Source: Candidatus Sumerlaeia bacterium | Lineage (GTDB): Bacteria; Sumerlaeota; Sumerlaeia; SLMS01; JANRJK01 | Direction of reading: 5' to 3' | NCBI GenBank assembly: GCA_033764015.1 | Contig: JANRJK010000045.1 | Location: forward strand, 1-33,979 | DNA length: 33,979 bases | Shown here: positions 10,779 through 19,222 of the stretch, one piece after another | Layout: each line of letters begins with the position of its first letter | Position numbering within the stretch: position 1 is the stretch's first letter | Notes under the pieces: model-generated | What the model saw: only the letters and a program-made list of their open reading frames with translations | The model's database searches: none | Told to the model about the DNA's origin: nothing | Position numbers and translations under genes: made by a program

Positions 10779-13493
10779 ATGGCCGACCAGTCCATCCACC
10801 CGCTTATCCCCGCCGGCGAGGAGACCGTCGAGTTCCAGCTCGACGGCCGCACGGTGACCGCCCGCAAGGGCGAGTCGATCATCCAAGTCGCCGCGCGCGA
10901 AGGCGTCTACGTGCCGCACTATTGCTGGCACCCTTCGCTGTCCGTGGCCGGCAACTGCCGCCTGTGCCTGGTCGAGATGCACATGCCCAACCCGCGGGAC
11001 CCGGGGAAGCTGCAGAAGCTGCCCAAGCCCGTCATCGGATGCCAGACCCCCGTGGCCCCCGGCTCCGCCGTCTTCACGCAGTCGGAACTCGCGAAGTCCT
11101 GCCAGAACGGCATGATGGAGTTCCTGCTGGTGAACCACCCGCTGGACTGCCCGATCTGCGACCGCGGCGGCGAGTGCATGCTCCAGCGCTACTCGATGGA
11201 GTACGGCGGCGGGCACTCCCGGATGCTGGACAAGAAGCGCAAGTTCCGGAAGCCGCAGTTCGACCCGCTGATCGACATCGAGCGCAACCGCTGCATCATG
11301 TGCACGCGCTGCGTGCGCTTCTGCGACGAGGTCGCCGGCGAGCACGTCATGGGCGTCTTCGACCGCGGCGCCGCGAACTACATCGGCACCTTCGGCCTCG
11401 GCCCCGTCTCGAACATCTTCTCGGGCAACGTGATCGACCTGTGCCCGGTGGGCTGCCTCACCTCGAAGCCCTTCCGCTTCCGCGCCCGCGTGTGGGAACT
11501 CACCCAGACCCAGTCCACCGGCGTGCTCGACGCCTCGGGCCCGAAGGTCACGCATTGGACGCGCAACGGGCGGCTGTACCGCACGACGCCCCCCTCACGC
11601 AAGTACCACGACACCTACACGGTGAACGAGGACACGCAGGAGTTCATCGACAACCTGCACCGCTTCGGCTCCGACTTCGGCAAGCACCCGTCGCGCTGGG
11701 ACGAGGCGCGCGTCCGCATGGGCGCGAACCTGCTTCCCGCGGCGTGGGGCGAGGCGGTGCGCGGCGCCGCCGCGGGCCTCGCCCGCGTTAAGGCGAACCA
11801 CGGCGCCGATTCGCTCGCCGTCCTGGTGTCGCCCCGCGCGACCAACGAGGAGGCGTACCTCGCCGCCCGCTTCGCCCGCACGACGCTCGGCACCGACAGC
11901 GTGGACTGGCGCTCCGGCGCCCGCTCGACGTCCGCGGCCCAGGCCATCGACCTAGCCTTCGAGTACGCGGGCGGCGACCTCGAAGAGAAGTTCGACGCGC
12001 TCTTCCTCCTTTCCGGCGACCACCAGCACACGACGCCGACCCTGGCGCTCCACCTCAAGGAGTGGGCGCGCATCATGGGGCGCCCGGTCGTGATGTTCGG
12101 ACACCACCACGATGCCTACTTCGCCGAGCACGCGGAACTGCTCTTCAGCGTCGGCCCCGGCGAAACCGCCGCGGCGCTCCGCATGCTCTGGAGCATCCTG
12201 ATGGCGACCGGCGCGCAGGACGCCATGAAGGCCGAGCTTGCCGACATGACCGCCTCCACGCCCGCGCAGGTGGACCGCCTCATCGAAATCCTCCGCGGCG
12301 CGAAGCGCGGCCTCGTCGTGCAGAACCTCGACGACATGAACGGAACCTTCCTCGCGCACGAGGTGCCCGCCGCGGTCGCGACCACGCAGGCCGCCGGCCT
12401 CGGGTGGCGCTACCTCCCCATCACGAAGGCGCGCAACGCCATCGGCATGAACGTCCTCGGCGTCCAGCCTGGCCTGCTGCCCGCCGACCAGCCCGCGATG
12501 CTCCGCCACTGGGGCGTCAAGGAGCTGCGCAACACCGGCGGCGTCTCCGCGCCGGAACTCCTCGACGCGATCGAAGCGGGCCACGTGAAGGGCCTGCTCT
12601 GCCTCGGCGCCGACGCGCTCTTCGACTACGCCGACGACGCCCGGGTGCTGGCCGCGCTCGAGAAGCTCGAGTACTTCGCCGTCAGCGACCTCTTCGAGTC
12701 GGAGTTCACCAAGCGCGCAGACGCCTTCTTCCCCGCCGCCTCGAACCTCGAGCGCGACGGCACCTACCTCGACATCCAAGGCAACATCGCGCGCCTCACC
12801 GCCGCGGAGGGCCCCTCCGGAGCGTCGAAGCCCGACTGGGAACTGGTCGCCGCGCTCGGCCGCGCCATGGGCGACGAGGGCTACGCCAAGTACCGGAGCG
12901 CCGCGGATGTGTTCGCGGACTGGATCCGCGTGGCGGCGCCGCGCTTCCGCGGCACCTTCGACGGCCTCCGCCTCGCCGGCCCCGCGAACGACATCACGAT
13001 CGCGGATCCGGGCGGCGCGCGGCGCCTGTCGCCGGACTACAACCCGGGCGACTTCCGCCAGGACGGCGCGCACTTCCGCGGCACCTCGCAGGAGCTGCTC
13101 GCGCTGCAGCACGAACCCCCCGCCCCGGAGGTCGCCGGCCACGGCGCCTACCTGCTCGCCTACGGCGCGCACGTCCAGGGCGAGGACTACCACCTGAACC
13201 GCGCGTCCATCGCGGGGCTCCTCAAGGTGGCTCCCTATGTCGAGATCAACGAAGCCGACGCGAAGACGATCGGGGTCGAGAACAACGGCCGGGTGGCCAT
13301 CACGCTCCCGGGCGGGTGCTCCGTCGAGGCCACCGCGCGCGTCAAGGCGCACGGCCCGGCGAAGGGCGTCCTCTGGATGCCGTCGAACACCGCCGCGCTG
13401 GACATCCGGCGCGAGCAGCGCGTGCTCCGCGTCGAGGCGGTCGTCCTCGAAGCGGCGCCCGCCGAGCCGGAGTTCGCCGGCGCCGCGCACTGA
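10779..13493 (+). CDS. nuoG: NADH-quinone oxidoreductase subunit G-like protein
   Basis: 2Fe-2S motif CWHPSLSVAGNCRLC...GC, HPLDCPICDRGGEC, CIMCTRC...DLCPVG, then a molybdopterin-oxidoreductase-like scaffold (VSDLFESE...ADAFFPAASNLERDGT). AAGGA SD before ATG 10779. Confidence 0.9.
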   Translation: MADQSIHPLIPAGEETVEFQLDGRTVTARKGESIIQVAAREGVYVPHYCWHPSLSVAGNCRLCLVEMHMPNPRDPGKLQKLPKPVIGCQTPVAPGSAVFTQSELAKSCQNGMMEFLLVNHPLDCPICDRGGECMLQRYSMEYGGGHSRMLDKKRKFRKPQFDPLIDIERNRCIMCTRCVRFCDEVAGEHVMGVFDRGAANYIGTFGLGPVSNIFSGNVIDLCPVGCLTSKPFRFRARVWELTQTQSTGVLDASGPKVTHWTRNGRLYRTTPPSRKYHDTYTVNEDTQEFIDNLHRFGSDFGKHPSRWDEARVRMGANLLPAAWGEAVRGAAAGLARVKANHGADSLAVLVSPRATNEEAYLAARFARTTLGTDSVDWRSGARSTSAAQAIDLAFEYAGGDLEEKFDALFLLSGDHQHTTPTLALHLKEWARIMGRPVVMFGHHHDAYFAEHAELLFSVGPGETAAALRMLWSILMATGAQDAMKAELADMTASTPAQVDRLIEILRGAKRGLVVQNLDDMNGTFLAHEVPAAVATTQAAGLGWRYLPITKARNAIGMNVLGVQPGLLPADQPAMLRHWGVKELRNTGGVSAPELLDAIEAGHVKGLLCLGADALFDYADDARVLAALEKLEYFAVSDLFESEFTKRADAFFPAASNLERDGTYLDIQGNIARLTAAEGPSGASKPDWELVAALGRAMGDEGYAKYRSAADVFADWIRVAAPRFRGTFDGLRLAGPANDITIADPGGARRLSPDYNPGDFRQDGAHFRGTSQELLALQHEPPAPEVAGHGAYLLAYGAHVQGEDYHLNRASIAGLLKVAPYVEINEADAKTIGVENNGRVAITLPGGCSVEATARVKAHGPAKGVLWMPSNTAALDIRREQRVLRVEAVVLEAAPAEPEFAGAAH

Positions 13494-13574
13494 CGCCCTG
13501 AAACAAGGCGCATCCGAGGCGCGGCGGTCCCGGATCCGGGGCCGCCGCGCCCTTTCCACGCAGGGGAACACGCC

Positions 13575-15164
13575 ATGACGGCGAAACCGCGCTACTACAT
13601 CACCACCCCCCTCTACTACGTGAACGACGTCCCGCACCTCGGGCACGCGTTCGAGGTGGTCGGCATCGACGTGCAGGCGCGCTTCCGCCGCCTCCTCGGG
13701 CACCCCGTGCACCTGCTCACCGGCACCGACGAGCACGGGCAGAAGAACGCCGCCGTCGCCGCCGCCCGCGGCATCCATCCCCGCCAGCACGTCGACGAGA
13801 TCGCCGCCGAGTTCCGGCGCGTCTGGGACCTGCTGCTGATCTCCTACGACGACTTCATCCGCACCACGGAGCCCCGCCACCACCGCGCGTCGCACCAGCT
13901 CTGGCGCGCCGCCCAGGCCGCCGGCGACATCTACCTCGGCAGCTACGAGGGCTGGTACGACGTGAAGGAGGAGGCCTTCATCACCGAAACCGAGATGAAG
14001 GCCCAGGGCCTCGAACCGGACGGCAAGCGCATCCGCCGCGTCAGCGAGGAGTCCTACTTCTTCCGCCTCGAGAAGTACCGCCTGCGCGTCCGCGAACACA
14101 TCGAGGCGAACCCCGGCTTCGTCCTCCCCGAGATGCGCCGCAACGAGGTGCTCAACTCGTTCCTGGCGAATCCGCTGCCGGACCTGAGCATTTCGCGCAC
14201 CTCCCTCGAATGGGGCATCCCGGTGCCCGGCGACGAGCGCCACGTGATGTACGTCTGGTTCGACGCGCTCACCAACTACGCCACCGGCGTCGGCTACGGC
14301 GACCCGGAGCAGGCGGAGCGATTCGCCGAATGGTGGCCCGCGGACTGCCACGTGATCGGCAAGGACATCCTCAAGTTCCACGCGGTCATCTGGCCCGCGA
14401 TGCTCATGTCCGCCGGCGTCGAGCCGCCCCGCCAGGTCTTCGGCCACGGCTTCATCAACGTCCTCCGCCGCGACGCGGAGGGGGGCGCCGCCTCCGAGAA
14501 GATGAGCAAGTCCGCCGGCAACTCCGTGAACCCCCTTGACTATGTCAAGCAAGTCGGCGTCGAGCCGCTCCGGTACTTCCTCATGCGCGAGATGAACTAC
14601 GGCGGCGACGGCGTGTTCAACGAGGAGGCGCTCGCGGAGCGCCACACCGCGGACCTCGCCAACTCCCTCGGCAACCTGGTCTCGCGCACCACCGGCATGG
14701 CGGAGCGCTACCTCGGCGGCGCCGTCCGCCGCACCACCGACGCGGAGCGCGGCGCCATCGAGCGCGAGATCGCGGCCGCCTGGGACGCCACCGCGGAGGA
14801 GTACCTGCGCGCGATGCCCGCCTTCGAGTACCACACCGCGCTCGCCAGGCTGTGGGAGTTCTACGCGGTCCTCAACGGCGCCATCAACCGCGTCGAGCCC
14901 TGGGCGCTCGCCAAGAAGCCCGAGGAGGCCGAGCGCCTCCGCGTGTTCCTCTGCGCCGTGCTCGAGGGCATCGCCCACTCCTCGGTGCTGCTCGACCCCT
15001 TCATGCCCGGCACCGCGCGCCGCATCCGCGCCGCGCTCGGCATGCCGGAGGACACCCCCGCCTGGGACGACGCCCGCCGCTGGGGCGGCCTGTTCGAGAC
15101 GCTGCAGGTGAAGAAGGCCGAGCCGCTCTTCCCGCGGCTGGAGCAGGAGCCGAAGACCCCCTAG
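13575..15164 (+). CDS. metG: Methionyl-tRNA synthetase, short form without the C-terminal tRNA-binding domain
   Basis: YYITTPLYYVNDVPHLGH, LTGTDEHGQK, YVWFDAL, IGKDILKFH, KMSKS and DLANSLGNL. Confidence 0.97.
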   Translation: MTAKPRYYITTPLYYVNDVPHLGHAFEVVGIDVQARFRRLLGHPVHLLTGTDEHGQKNAAVAAARGIHPRQHVDEIAAEFRRVWDLLLISYDDFIRTTEPRHHRASHQLWRAAQAAGDIYLGSYEGWYDVKEEAFITETEMKAQGLEPDGKRIRRVSEESYFFRLEKYRLRVREHIEANPGFVLPEMRRNEVLNSFLANPLPDLSISRTSLEWGIPVPGDERHVMYVWFDALTNYATGVGYGDPEQAERFAEWWPADCHVIGKDILKFHAVIWPAMLMSAGVEPPRQVFGHGFINVLRRDAEGGAASEKMSKSAGNSVNPLDYVKQVGVEPLRYFLMREMNYGGDGVFNEEALAERHTADLANSLGNLVSRTTGMAERYLGGAVRRTTDAERGAIEREIAAAWDATAEEYLRAMPAFEYHTALARLWEFYAVLNGAINRVEPWALAKKPEEAERLRVFLCAVLEGIAHSSVLLDPFMPGTARRIRAALGMPEDTPAWDDARRWGGLFETLQVKKAEPLFPRLEQEPKTP

Positions 15165-15176
15165 GGGGCCGCCGGG

Positions 15177-17057
15177 CTAGCGGCGTCCCGCCACCGCCTC
15201 CAGCACCGCGAGCGCCGAATCGATCCGGTTGAAGGGGGGCATGATGTAGGTGCCCGCGACCATGTACGCCGCGTCCGCCAGCGCCTCGCGGGCGATGGCG
15301 ATGCCCTCCTCGCGCGCCGCGTCCTTGTCCTCGCAGCGGCGCATGCGCTCGAGGATCGGCTCCGGCACCTGCATGCCGGGCACCTCCTTCGTCAGGAACT
15401 CCGCGTTGCGGTAGCTCGCCAGCGGCAGGATGCCGATCAGCACCGGCACGCGGAAGGCCTCGGTGCGCCGGTGGAAGCGCTCGAAGAGCGCGCTCTCGTA
15501 GACGGGTTGCGTGAGGATGTACTCGGCGCCGGCGGCGATCTTGCGTTCGAGGCGGGCGATCTCGTTGTCGAGGTCGATCGCGCCCGGGTTCGCGCCGCAG
15601 CCGAGGAAGAGCCGCGTCGCGGCGCCCTTGAGTGGATTGCCCGCCAGGTCGAGCCCCCGGTTCAGGTTCGAGCCGATGCGCAGCGCGCCGATCGCGTCGA
15701 CGTCGTAGACGGCGGTGGCGAAGGGATAGTCGCCGAGCTTGGGCGGGTCGCCGGTGATCATCAGGACGTTCTGGATGCCGAGCGCGTTGGCGCCGATCAG
15801 GTCCGCCTGCATCCCGAGGATGTTGCGGTCGCGGCAGCAGAAGTGCACGATCGGTTCGATGCCCGGCGCCCGCGCGCGGAGCAGCGTCGCCATGTCGATG
15901 GGGCCCATGCGGGCGGAGGCGCGCGGGCCGTCCGCGATGTTGATCGCGTCGATGCCGGCGGCGGCGCACTGCTCGCACGCGCGCAGCGCCGACTCCGCGT
16001 CTGTGCCGATGGGGGGATCCACCTCGATGCTGACGACGAACTTTCCGGCGCGCATCTTGGCGGCGAAGCGCGAGTCGGTCTCCGCGGGCGCGGGGCGCGT
16101 GGCCTGCGCGGGGGCGTTCGCCGAGACCGTGGCGCCCGCCGGCTGAAGCATCTTGATCGAAGAGCGGATCGCCTTGATGTGCTCCGGGGTCGAGCCGCAG
16201 GAGCCGCCGACCAGCCGCGCGCCCTTGTGGATCGCCTGCCGCAGCAGCTCCATGAAGTACTCCGGCGTCGCGAGCGGCATCGTCATGTCCTCGTGCCGCA
16301 CCGGCATGCCGGTGCCGGGGCAGAGCGCGAGCAGCTTCGCGGTGCGCGGGCGCAGCTCCTCGATGGCGCGGGCGAGCACCTGCACGCCGGGGCCGTCGTT
16401 GAAGCCCACCACGTCCGCGGGCATCGCGTCGAAGGCCGCGGCCAGCTCCGCCGCGCCGTCGCCGAAGGACGTGCGCGCGTCGGCGCCGAGGTGCGCCATC
16501 GCGATGATCGGCAGCTCCGGCGCCAGGCGCCGGCCCTCCTCCACCGCCCACGCCAGCGTCGGCGCGTGCGAGAACGACTCGAAGATCAGCGCGTCGACGC
16601 CCCCCTCGAGCAGCGCCTCGACCTGCTCGCGGTACAGCGCGGCCACCTCGCCGCGGCCGAGCGTTCCCTCCGCGTCGGCCCCCGGCGGGCCCATGGTGCC
16701 TGCGACCCAGGCGTCGCCGCCGGCCGCCTCGCGGGCCAGCCGCGCGCCCGAAAGGTTCAGGTCGTGCACCTTGTCCGCCAGGCCGTGGCGCGCCAGCTTG
16801 CGCCGGTGCGCGCCGAAGGTGTTCGTCCCGAGCAGCTCCGCGCCCGCGCGCAGGTAGTCGAGGTGGATCGTCTTCACCACATGCGGGCGCGCCGTGTTCA
16901 GCGCGTCGAAGCACTGGTTGATGTAGACGCCCTTCGCGTAGATCATCGTCCCCATCGCGCCGTCGGCGAGCACCACTCGCGAGCGGAGCGCGGCGAGGAG
17001 TGGTTCGGCGCGGCGGCCCAGCAGGGGGAATCCGGGGGCGGCGGCTTGTTCGGTCAT
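15177..17057 (-). CDS. yitJ: Bifunctional homocysteine S-methyltransferase-like / methylenetetrahydrofolate reductase (YitJ-type)
   Basis: N-terminal LADGAMGTM, HLDYLRAGA and TNTFGA (HMT domain). C-terminal VSIEVDPP, NIADGPRASARM, HFCCRDRN, ITGDPP and TQPVY (MTHFR domain). Start placed at ATG 17057, with AGGAG upstream. Confidence 0.9.
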   Translation of the reverse strand: MTEQAAAPGFPLLGRRAEPLLAALRSRVVLADGAMGTMIYAKGVYINQCFDALNTARPHVVKTIHLDYLRAGAELLGTNTFGAHRRKLARHGLADKVHDLNLSGARLAREAAGGDAWVAGTMGPPGADAEGTLGRGEVAALYREQVEALLEGGVDALIFESFSHAPTLAWAVEEGRRLAPELPIIAMAHLGADARTSFGDGAAELAAAFDAMPADVVGFNDGPGVQVLARAIEELRPRTAKLLALCPGTGMPVRHEDMTMPLATPEYFMELLRQAIHKGARLVGGSCGSTPEHIKAIRSSIKMLQPAGATVSANAPAQATRPAPAETDSRFAAKMRAGKFVVSIEVDPPIGTDAESALRACEQCAAAGIDAINIADGPRASARMGPIDMATLLRARAPGIEPIVHFCCRDRNILGMQADLIGANALGIQNVLMITGDPPKLGDYPFATAVYDVDAIGALRIGSNLNRGLDLAGNPLKGAATRLFLGCGANPGAIDLDNEIARLERKIAAGAEYILTQPVYESALFERFHRRTEAFRVPVLIGILPLASYRNAEFLTKEVPGMQVPEPILERMRRCEDKDAAREEGIAIAREALADAAYMVAGTYIMPPFNRIDSALAVLEAVAGRR

Positions 17058-17170
17058 CGGCGGTGGCGGGTCTCCTGGCGCTTTAGCGGGGCATGCTTCG
17101 CCGGAGCGCCCGCCGTACCAACACCATTTTCGCGCCACCCCGGTCCGGGGGCGGCGCCGGGCCCGCCGGG

Positions 17171-18016
17171 CTACTCGTACAGCATCCAGCCCCGCACCGC
17201 CGCCGGCCCCGCCAGCACCGACAGGTCCACCGGGGCGAGGCCCGTGGGGGTGTACTGGCCATTCGCCCCGAAGACTCGGACCCACGCGTTGCCCGACACG
17301 CCGGGGAAACCGCCGATGCCGTCCAGGGCGTCCGCGTCGGGGTAGTCCACCGTCGTGTCGTCGTCGTTGTTGAACGCCTGTCCTCCCGGGTTGCCGGTGG
17401 TGCCGTTGTCGAAGCTCGCCATGTGGAAGCCGACGACCGAGGTCGGGGTGAGTTCGAGGCTCGCGAGCGACAGGCGCGCCTCGACCACATTGTTCGCCGC
17501 CGAGATGAACGTGTCCGCGTCGCCGGGGTTCGAGTACCAGAAGCCGGAGCCTGCGTCGTGGAAGTATTCGGCCCAGGTGATGCCGTTCTGCGCGTTGTGG
17601 ATCTGCACTTGGTACTCGGGGTTGAAGGACGCGTCGGGATAGGTGATTCCCGACGCGTCGCCGAGGAAGCCGAGGCCGTTCGAGTCGAGCACTGTGCGGT
17701 CCGAATCGAAGCCGAGCGCGAGCGAGGGCTCGTTGGTCGCCGTGATGTCGGCGAGGCGCACGAGCACGTAGAGGTTCTGGTGCGTGGCGGCGAGGCGGAC
17801 CTCGGTGATGTCGAAGTTGGCCCAGGCGTTGGCGCCGAAGGTGCGCTGATCGCCGGCCTCGCCGGTGTAGATCCACTCCGCGGAGTCGACCACCGTGGCG
17901 TGGATCGTGGAGGACGGCGTGCCGACCCAGTCGGACGGGTCGCCGTCGATCACGCGCTGGGCTTGGGCGGCGATCGTGGCCGCTAGGAGCGCGGCGAGCA
18001 GTGTGGTGTTTCGCAT
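17171..18016 (-). CDS. Secreted DOMON/CBM9-like (glucodextranase-DOMON-type) protein with WMLYE tail
   Basis: Signal peptide MRNTTLLAALLAATIAAQA-Q, IDGDPSDW, DITEVRLAATHQNLYVLVRL and VVEARLSL. The real gene is the last 281 aa of the 1179-aa track ORF. The domain call comes from pattern recall. Confidence 0.75.
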   Translation of the reverse strand: MRNTTLLAALLAATIAAQAQRVIDGDPSDWVGTPSSTIHATVVDSAEWIYTGEAGDQRTFGANAWANFDITEVRLAATHQNLYVLVRLADITATNEPSLALGFDSDRTVLDSNGLGFLGDASGITYPDASFNPEYQVQIHNAQNGITWAEYFHDAGSGFWYSNPGDADTFISAANNVVEARLSLASLELTPTSVVGFHMASFDNGTTGNPGGQAFNNDDDTTVDYPDADALDGIGGFPGVSGNAWVRVFGANGQYTPTGLAPVDLSVLAGPAAVRGWMLYE

Positions 18017-18044
18017 GGTCGGTGGCCTTTCCGCGGAAAAACCC

Positions 18045-18064
18045 TGGGTAGAGCGCTTAACCCA
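18045..18064. promoter_or_regulatory. Imperfect palindrome resembling a LacI-family operator
   Basis: TGGGTAGAGCGCTTAACCCA, 16/20 positions dyad-symmetric with central AGCGCT, about 30 nt upstream of the 18016 start in a divergent intergenic region. Confidence 0.4.
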
Positions 18065-18193
18065 CCACGGCGTTCGGCTCCGGATCAAGGGGGATGCGGC
18101 GCCGGGGCCGGCGGCGTCCCGGCGGCGCTTGCGCCAAGGGCCGCCCGGCGCCATGCTGGTGGGCACAAGTCCGCGCTTCCGGAGCCGCCCCCC

Positions 18194-19216
18194 ATGAAAG
18201 TCGTCATCGCGCACCGCAACGGCACCGTGCAGGTGGTCGAGGTGGACGAGCCCGGCATCGCGCGGGGCTGCGTGCAGGTGCGTGTGTCGCACAGCGCGGT
18301 GCCGGTGGCGGACGATTTGGCGAGGATGCCCGCCGCGGCGGCGGCCCGGGGGGCCCGGGGCGAGGGCCTGCCGCTGGGCTCCGGCGTGAGCGGCATCATC
18401 GAGGAGGCGGGGCAGGGCGTGAAGCGGCTGCGCGCGGGGCTCCGCGTCGCGGCCTACGGCGTCCCCTACGTGTACCACGCGGAACGCCTGGTGGTGCCGC
18501 AGAACCTCGTGGTCGAGCTGCCCAAGAAGGTGAACCACGAGGAGGGCGCGTTCGTCGGCCAGGGCGCGATCGCGGTGAACATGCTGCGGCGCTCCGGGCT
18601 GCAGCTCGGCGAAACCGCGATCGTGTTCGGCGCGGAGCTGCTCGGGCTGCTCGCCTGCCAGGTGCTGAAGGCGGCGGGCGTCCACGCGCTGCTGATCGAC
18701 CCGTCGGAGCTGCGCCTCAACAAGGCGCGCAGCATCGGCGTCTCGTCGTGCCTGCGCCCGGACGATCCGGACGCGGTGGTGCGCGCCGTGGAGGCGATGA
18801 CGGACGGCCTCGGCGCGGACGCGGCGTTCCTGACGCGGCCCGGCGACGCGCTGTCGCTGCGCGCGGCGGCGGAGCTGCTCCGCCCGCGCGGACGCATCGT
18901 GCTGGGCGCGCAGCCGGGGCGCGCGGAGCTCCCGGCCCGCGTCGCGGAGAAGCAGCTCGCCCTCGAGATCGCCGACGACCCGGGGCCCGGCCGCGGCCTC
19001 GCCGCCTTCGAACGCCACGGGCTCGAGTTCCCCCGCGAATTCGTCCGCTGGAACGAGCGCGACAACATGGCGTGCTTCGCGGCGCTCCTCGGCGAGCGCA
19101 AGGTGCAGATCACCCCGCTCGTCACGGACCGCGTGCCGGTGGAGCGCGCGGGCTCCCTGTACGAGAAGGCCATGCGCGGCGCGGACCAGATCCTCGCCGC
19201 CGTGCTGACGATGTAG
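18194..19216 (+). CDS. Medium-chain dehydrogenase/reductase-fold protein (resembles the N-terminal half of bi-domain polysaccharide-pathway oxidoreductases)
   Basis: GroES-like N-terminus (VQVRVSHSA...LPLGSGVSGII), HAERLVVPQNLVVELP, a Rossmann segment, and GPGR...FVRWNERDNM...ITPLVT. Confidence 0.75.
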   Translation: MKVVIAHRNGTVQVVEVDEPGIARGCVQVRVSHSAVPVADDLARMPAAAAARGARGEGLPLGSGVSGIIEEAGQGVKRLRAGLRVAAYGVPYVYHAERLVVPQNLVVELPKKVNHEEGAFVGQGAIAVNMLRRSGLQLGETAIVFGAELLGLLACQVLKAAGVHALLIDPSELRLNKARSIGVSSCLRPDDPDAVVRAVEAMTDGLGADAAFLTRPGDALSLRAAAELLRPRGRIVLGAQPGRAELPARVAEKQLALEIADDPGPGRGLAAFERHGLEFPREFVRWNERDNMACFAALLGERKVQITPLVTDRVPVERAGSLYEKAMRGADQILAAVLTM

Positions 19217-19222
19217 CGGCCC

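Noticed and set aside
17058..17170. SAM riboswitch upstream of the yitJ-like gene
   Set aside because: No SAM-I core (AUCxAGAG...GCAACC) or other recognisable aptamer is visible. An Infernal/Rfam scan would be decisive.
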